Assembly (NCBI RefSeq): GCF_009914755.1
Contig: NC_060936.1
Source of the DNA: the human T2T-CHM13v2.0 reference genome, Homo sapiens
Strand: one strand, 5' to 3'
Length of the DNA: 64,000 nt
Numbering within the stretch: position 1 is the first letter of the stretch; the number at the start of each line of letters is the position of its first letter. Below are positions 57,364 to 64,000 of the stretch, one piece after another. The position numbers were made by a program, and so were the translations under genes. The notes under the pieces are model-generated. The model saw only the letters and a list, made by a program, of their open reading frames with translations, had not been told where the DNA came from and did not search any database.

Positions 57364-59399
57364 TGACTTTCTCCAGCCTCTCTTCCCCGTGCTGCGTTAA
57401 GAACAAGCCCAGTGTGTTACTCCCAAAGCCTAACACCACATGCTTGGGACCTCCTGGTTTTGCACGAAAGTTGTGAATTTAGCCTATAATTCTAAGACGT
57501 TTCCCTGGTCCACAGTTTATCCCCTCATTGTTGGTTCTCCTCACCTTAGATTTTTACAGAGCACAATGTAGTCTTTCAGCCACTTTTGTATCCATTATCT
57601 AATTTGATTATTAACAGTCATTGGAAATAATCAGGTCTGGCAATTTATAGGTAGGAAAATTAAGCTCAGAAAGCCTAAGCGAATAGCTGCAGATGAGATT
57701 AGCAACATTGTCATTATGACCCTGTTTGTTTCAGGCTTCCTTCCATTAAGTCATTACACCACAGCCTTCCACCTGACTGATTCTGACTTATTACCAGTGA
57801 ATGCACGCCAGCCACGTCGTTATGGCATCACTGAGAAGTTTGCATGGATTCATCCTTGTTGGGCTGTGACTTAAGTATTTTGAAATGGCTGAGATTATGG
57901 GCTATAACCGTGACCATTACACAGAGAGAAACTAACTGGCTTATATGGTAGTTTGCCCATAACCATCTTATTCATTTTTCTTCTATTTAAGGAACAACCC
58001 AACTTCCTACTAAGTCTCTTTCATTTATATGATTATTTTGATTTTTTTTTTCTGGAAATAACCCAGATCATTGCAGTTCTTGTTCTTGACCTCATGTATT
58101 TAACAGGAAAATTGTTTTCCATTTTTCAGATATTCAGCAAGCTAACAGAGTTAAGTGTAACTAATTTAGTGAATTTAGTTGGCAATATGATTTGCCAACT
58201 TTAGTATACAAGTTAAAATATTTGTAAGGCAAAAAAAAAAAATAAGAATCTTGCTTTACAAGTATACTTTGATTTTGCCAACAGTTACCAAGTTGGCCTT
58301 TTAAAAATTACCATTGAGAACAACACGGTTGTAAGGCAGCTACAGTAAGGGCAAAGATAACTAGTTTTTATCATTAAGGACCACTGACACCAAACAGTCT
58401 GTGGAATTCCTAGTGACAGGTGGGATTGACACTGAGAGACACTTGGACGGTCATTGTACCATCTTTCAAAAGAGCAGTCACTGAAGAGTAGAAGTGGAAA
58501 ATCATAGTTAGTGGTAAAATGGGGCATAGGGCTTGTGACACTCCTCTTTTCAAATCCTCAGTGGCTGCCTATTGCTGAGAGGGTCACTCCTTGGCCTGGC
58601 CCTTCTACCCACTTGCTTATCTGTGCTGAGCGAATGCACTTTGATGGCATTTTATTAATGACAGTGGATTCAGTCCTGTCGTGGAAACAAAGATGAACTC
58701 TTCTAACACAATTTTTTAAAAAACCATACAGTACATTCTAGCTGAGTATGTAGAAGCTTCTGAGATTCTGATGCAGAAAGCCGATCTGGAACACTGTTTA
58801 ATTCAGGTCAAATCAAGTTATTTTTAAGCGCCTAAATGACTAGGACTGGGCCTAAATATAACATCCTTATATATTCTGGAAGTGAGACTGGCCAGCTGCG
58901 TCTAAGAAGAGCACCTGCAGTGGCAGTCACAAACCGCCACATTCCCTCATTCCTATCTTTATTAATTTTTGATATTGTGTTAATTATATATGTACTACAT
59001 ATAAATATGTTAATAAGTATTGCTTATCTCATTTCCAGTCCAGAGTGTTTTAGATGTTAGACAGAAGCATGTGCTTGTGCACCTTATAAGCAACAAAATA
59101 GTTTTTGCCAAACTAGGTCCTTAGAGGCAGGAGCAGTTTCTTATTAGAACTCTTTGGGACTCAGGGCTTTATTCAGCATGGGAGGCACTCATTAAATATA
59201 TGCTAGTAAATAGATTGTATTCAAATGTGTACATGTAGGTTAATTTTTTTTTTTTTTAACCAGGGGCACGATGGGATCAGATCATTATAGGCTGGTCATT
59301 CTGGTGGCATTATTTATGAGGTGCCTATTTCCCTGCCTCTCCAGCAACACTGGAAGCTGAGAGACCAGAAGGTAGCACAGTAATAAAAATGAGAGCATG

Positions 59400-60010
59400 A
59401 AAACCTTAATGAAAGGATTTCATTATGGTAATAGGGAAGAGAGGATGTTTCTTGCCCACTATTGGATGTTAGAATAGGTAGGATTTAATAGCTAATAGAA
59501 TACCAGATCTGGAGAGACAGCAGTCACAGTACTTCATGCTAGTTAAATGTAGCACATTTGAGGGAGTAGAAAAAGATACGGTAGTATGTTCACTTCTAGA
59601 TGGATATTACCTAGAAGGCAGTAAGAAATAAAGATTAGAAGCTCAAAAAGAAGCTTGGGCTGGAAATAGTGATATTCCCAATCATTCTTCCAATCACTTA
59701 TTCGACATGATGAGTCCTAAGACAGATTGGACACGTTGGTAGTTGAAGACCAACTAGTAGATAAGCTTGTCCTGCACCAGGCAGTATAAAGAGAGAATCA
59801 AGCAGCAGGGAGCTCTAGCAGCTGGCCCCAGGCAAGAAGAGAAGCTGAGAGAGAGAAAATGAGATCAGTGCCCTCCCTAGAAACAAAGGGGAAAAGAGCC
59901 TCAAGAACAAAGAGTTGGCCAGCAGTATCAAAGCTGAGATGGAAATCGTGTAGATAAGGGCTTGATTTTTGGCAACGAGGAAATCATTGAGGATTTTCTG
60001 AAGAACAGTG
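59400..60010 (-). mobile_element. L2 fragments
   Basis: gattagaagctcaaaagaagcttgggctggaaatag...gatttttggcaacgaggaaatcattg. Confidence 0.55.
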
Positions 60011-60064
60011 AGGTTAGCACTGAGTTGAGGATTGTGAAGAATTGGAGACTTAAAAAAAAAAGAT

Positions 60065-60290
60065 AATTTATAATCTATATTTGAGTGTGATGTGCTAGGT
60101 CCCAAGCACTTCACATGTATTAACTTATTTAAATCTCACAATAACCCCATGAAAGTCTGTGCTTTTTTATTCCCCATTTTACTTCTGCAAAAACTGAGAC
60201 AGAATAATTTGCCCAAACTCACATAGGTAAGAAGTGGAGCAGAGCTAGGATTCGAGGCCAAGGGCAGCTCCACCACTATTGGTTTTAACT
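60065..60290 (-). mobile_element. MIR
   Basis: aagcacttcacatgtattaacttatttaaatctcacaataacccc...ccccattttac...aaactgagac...atttgcccaa. Confidence 0.8.
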
Positions 60291-61608
60291 AACATTCCAT
60301 GCTGATGCTTCACTGTAGAGGAGAGAGGTTGAGTACCCATGTTCCTGTTGGTGCTGTGTAAGTGTTGGGGAAACAGAGACAATACCCTTGAGCAATTTTT
60401 ACTAGCAGTAAGGGAGCTGGATCAGCAGCACAGGGAGTGTTTCAGTTGCTGGAGCGGGTGAAGGATGTAGCAGGTAGGGAAGGCAGCTGCCAGCTTTTAC
60501 TGTTGGAAGAGGAAGGGAGGCATCAGGAAAGGTTTCTTGGAAAAGGTGACTCTTAAATAGAGGTTCACAGTGACAAAATTCAGAGTGGTAGTTACGAAAA
60601 TTTAGGCATGAGAAACTAGCTCCTATCCTTAAGGAGTACTTCCTTCTGCTTTCATCAGGTTTTCTAAGTACCGACCTCCATGGTTAAAAACCAATTTAAG
60701 CAAATATACCTTGTCTTTAAGTCTCCAGTGGGTTTATCTTAACAGGGTACTTAACCCACAAACGAGAACTTTCTGTTGTTGTTCTTTGGCTAGGTGGGCC
60801 ATTATACTGTAATACTCATAATTTGATTGTATATTTGCTTTAGAGTTGGGTAATATGACTCTTTCCGTAATCTATTCTAAGATAAATGCCATATATACAA
60901 CAAAATGGTCATTATCTTTAATTTTAAAAAGAGATTAAAGAGTAAATGCAGTAACTGCTATGTTTTCTGCATGGGGTAGGAAAGACCCTTCCTCCGTAAT
61001 CATTTCTGTGCCTTCACCAAACACTGGAATTCCAGAGACTGCGTCTTCCAAACAGGGTTTGATTTTTTTCGGGGATTGAGATTTTTGGGGATGATTTCCA
61101 TTTTTTAAAAGCATCAAAACACTATGTTGGCCAAACAAAACACTTATGGAAGCTGGATTTGTGCTTTACAGTTGTATCAGTATCTTCCCGTTAGCTGGTG
61201 GGAGTGGGGTGGGCGTAGTACTAAGTTCTAAGTCCTATGAGAAGGGATTTCAGCCAGCTATGAGCAGGTGAAGCCATAGAAGGGATGTGGATATCAGAAA
61301 GGCTGTTGAGAGAGTCATTGCAAGAATAATTTAAAAATCACTCTAATTAAAAAAAATTCATGGAATGAGATATTTCAATTCAGTAATTGTTTTAGATAAG
61401 TTTCTTAAACACTTTCCTCTTAAGAAAAAGTATATCATCCTGTCTCCTTTAACAAAACATATTTTGGGGGATTGAGGGGCATTATTAGCATATTATCCTG
61501 AAACTATGGTTGTTGTCCAGTAGAAAATAGGCAATGGGTGGGTACTTTTTATGGGCAGTATAAGGAGATACTGAGGCAGTTGCTTTATTAAAAGAGGGAA
61601 GTGTATGA

Positions 61609-62178
61609 TCAGGGTCGGATGCGTCCTGGTTTGCTGGATTGGTCCTGGCTCACTCCTGTTGTTCTGGCATAATAACAGGACCTTTCATTCTGGATGATTG
61701 TTGTGTTGAACCCCTTTGACTCCACCAGGGATGGTACCAGGTTCCTGAGGCCAAAGAAGGGACCCAGAGCCAGGAAACGAGATGACGTGGGGTTTTATTG
61801 GGGGCCTATATCCAGGGAAGAGAGTCTAGTGGCAGTGGGCTGGGCAGGAGAACCAGCCCCAAAAGCATGCAGTTTATATAGCATTTTCACTTAGTGTCCC
61901 CCTGCTCAACAGTCTCCATATGGTAACCTTCCCTCAACCCAAAACTAAGGGCCATGATCCTCTGTCTGGCCTGCATTCCACCAGACCTCAGAGGTTGTGC
62001 AGTTGGGGGTTCTGATGTTCCTCGTAGACAAAGAACGAATCTCCTGGTTGGCAACTCCAGGATTCCCTAACTTGGAATATTCAGGTGCTTCTGCCATACA
62101 GGGTTATTCTCAGGGTATGCTTAAGTTATTGCTATCAGATGCATTTACCATGCACTGATAAATTGTATGGTCACCCTG
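61609..62178. mobile_element. MER96-like hAT-Tip100 element split by an LTR
   Basis: Terminal cagggtc...gtcctggtttgc and gataaattgtatggtcaccctg. Confidence 0.65.
61699..62154 (-). mobile_element. LTR47A/B-like ERVL solo LTR
   Basis: Minus strand TGCATGGTAAATGCATCTGATAGCAATAACTTAAGCATACCCTGAGAAT...; TSD (A/C)TGAT. Confidence 0.85.
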
Positions 62179-62829
62179 CATAATGTTAATATGATTTGTA
62201 GTTGCTGGTCCCTTTCTCATAGAGGTGGAATGAGGCAGGTATGCTGAATGACCTTGCTGTTTCTTGTAAAATTAATCACCAAAGCAAAGGCTAAACCTTA
62301 GAATGACTCTCAGCCTTCCCTGAATGATCTTTACTGTTGCTGTCAGGGCTTTAACTTGTCAGCACTATCGAAAGCATGATTGATTATTTCTGTATTACAG
62401 CGTTCAAAGCCATCCTCCCTGTTAACTTTAACCTGCTCTTAGGTCTATATCAAATTTAATTTGTGGTGTGTGAGGGAGGTATAGGAATCCCTATTTGAAG
62501 GATATGTTTCTTAATAATCGTCCTCAAATGATACTGAAGTAGAGATAATATAACATGAATTTTTAAAAAGCACGTTTTCAGACAAACATTTTTGGGGTAT
62601 GAAATCGAAGATACGGGGTACCACTTTGCAGGTGGATCTTTTTTTTTAGAAACTTAAAGTGATTTATATGCTGAATGATACAGTGTTCCACATCTTTTTC
62701 AACTTAGAATAAAATATAGAAGGCATGTTAATCAAGTTTGTGAATGAAAAAGTTTGAAGTTGTAAATAATATTTTTAAATGAGAGATTGAGAATTCTTTA
62801 ATAGCTTAAAACAATGACTAAAATATAGA

Positions 62830-62965
62830 CTAAGTTGAATAGGTCAGAATATGAATTTCTGCATTTAGATTACAAATAGTAGTTATGCAAGTGCAGGAAT
62901 AAGGAAACAACATAGTTCATATGAAAAAGACATAATGGTTTTAGTTGAACAGAAGCTCAGTATAA
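62830..62965 (+). mobile_element. L3/CR1 fragment
   Basis: ctgcatttag...gcaagtgcagga...agttcatatgaaaaagac...ttttagttgaacagaagctcagtat. Confidence 0.6.
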
Positions 62966-63009
62966 TGGCTGTTTAGAATGTCAGTGTACTTTGGTTTCTG
63001 ATGGCATGT

Positions 63010-63938
63010 GAGACTAGATACTCTGAATTACTCCTCTAGTAAAAATGAATATAAATAAAAATGCTGGATAAATTATGTAAGATGTATCCCTAAATGGCAA
63101 GAAAACATGAAAATAAAAGACCAAACATTGGCCTGAAAGTGAAAGCAAGAAATCAGAGAGATAAGGGGAACACCTGGTTAGAGAGCACTTGCTGAGTCCA
63201 GTTGAGCTTGAATTTTCTTGGTCCCTTGTTGCACTGGAGACAAGAGACAAAGCCCAGAGCCTCCTATGGAGAAAAAAGTTTAGTAGACAATGTCTCCACA
63301 TAGAGCTGGGACCCCTAAAGACTACTTTCATAGTGTATTGTAGAACTAGAAATATAACTTCCTTTGACCACCTCCCAGTCCGCAGAAAATCTCAGAAAAA
63401 CTGCCTAATATTTTATAACCAATAATAATCAGCATTCATGGAGGTTTTCAGTTCTAATTTAGACCTATAGGTGGTCCAAAGAAAAGGCAAATTATATAGT
63501 TGTAGAGTGGTTCCACCATAGTAGCACAAGGCAGAAGCTAGTGCAGGTCCTTTTTGGAGGAATCTTTCTTCAGGGCAAGCCTTGAAGAGTTTAAAAAGTT
63601 TTAAGAAATTTTAATGACAGTCAGGAATCACAAAACAAAGTAAACAAGGCATCATCGATAGAACCAGCCAAAATAGTAGATAACAGAATTAGGTGTGTAA
63701 TAATCTCAGATATTATAGTTGTCAGAAAGAATGTAAAATAACTTTTAAAGAAATGGAAAGGTTAAAAATATGAGTAAATTGCAAGTGAATATAAAAATGA
63801 CAAAAAAAAATCTGAAAAAAACTAAATAGTTCTTTGAGAAATAAACATATAATTGGAATTTAAAAACCAGCAAATAGGTTTAATGGCAAACTAGACATAG
63901 CCAGAGCAAGAATTAAGCAACTGGAAGATAGTTCTGAG
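63010..63938 (+). mobile_element. HAL1 / ancient L1 5'-ORF1 region
   Basis: aaatgctggataaa 5' motif; A-rich ORF1-like ataggtttaatggcaaactagacatagc...gaattaagcaactggaagatag. Confidence 0.6.
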
Positions 63939-64000
63939 CTTTTTGACTGTGACCCACAGAAAGAAATTCACTTACTGGCACATGTGTATGCATATGATAC

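Overview
Human genomic DNA: it is Alu-rich and carries a human-specific AluYb8 at 32167-32473. I find no supportable protein-coding exon. The supplied ORFs lie in Alu/LTR/L1/L2 repeats, in the GC-rich CpG island, or are short chance frames. The main functional landmark is a CpG-island promoter (~38780-40110). It has an ATG-less + strand first exon ending at a TGA|GTAAGT donor (39712), followed by what looks like a long first intron (39713 to the window end, possibly with small non-coding exons). Splice signals also suggest an overlapping or divergent minus-strand lncRNA. I cannot name the gene from sequence alone. Upstream (1-38 kb) is repeat-dense DNA dominated by a ~9.6 kb minus-strand MER57-type ERV1 provirus (5' LTR, tRNA-Leu PBS, decayed integrase and env remnants, 3' end lost). 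It is interrupted by about 10 Alus and an LTR8A solo LTR. MaLR/ERVL solo LTRs, DNA-transposon fossils, MIR/L2/L1/L3 fragments and microsatellites fill the rest. I see no evidence of a new biological system; the findings are modest regulatory and transposon-archaeology leads. Repeat family names come from recalled consensus sequences, not a database search, and boundaries of old repeats are approximate.
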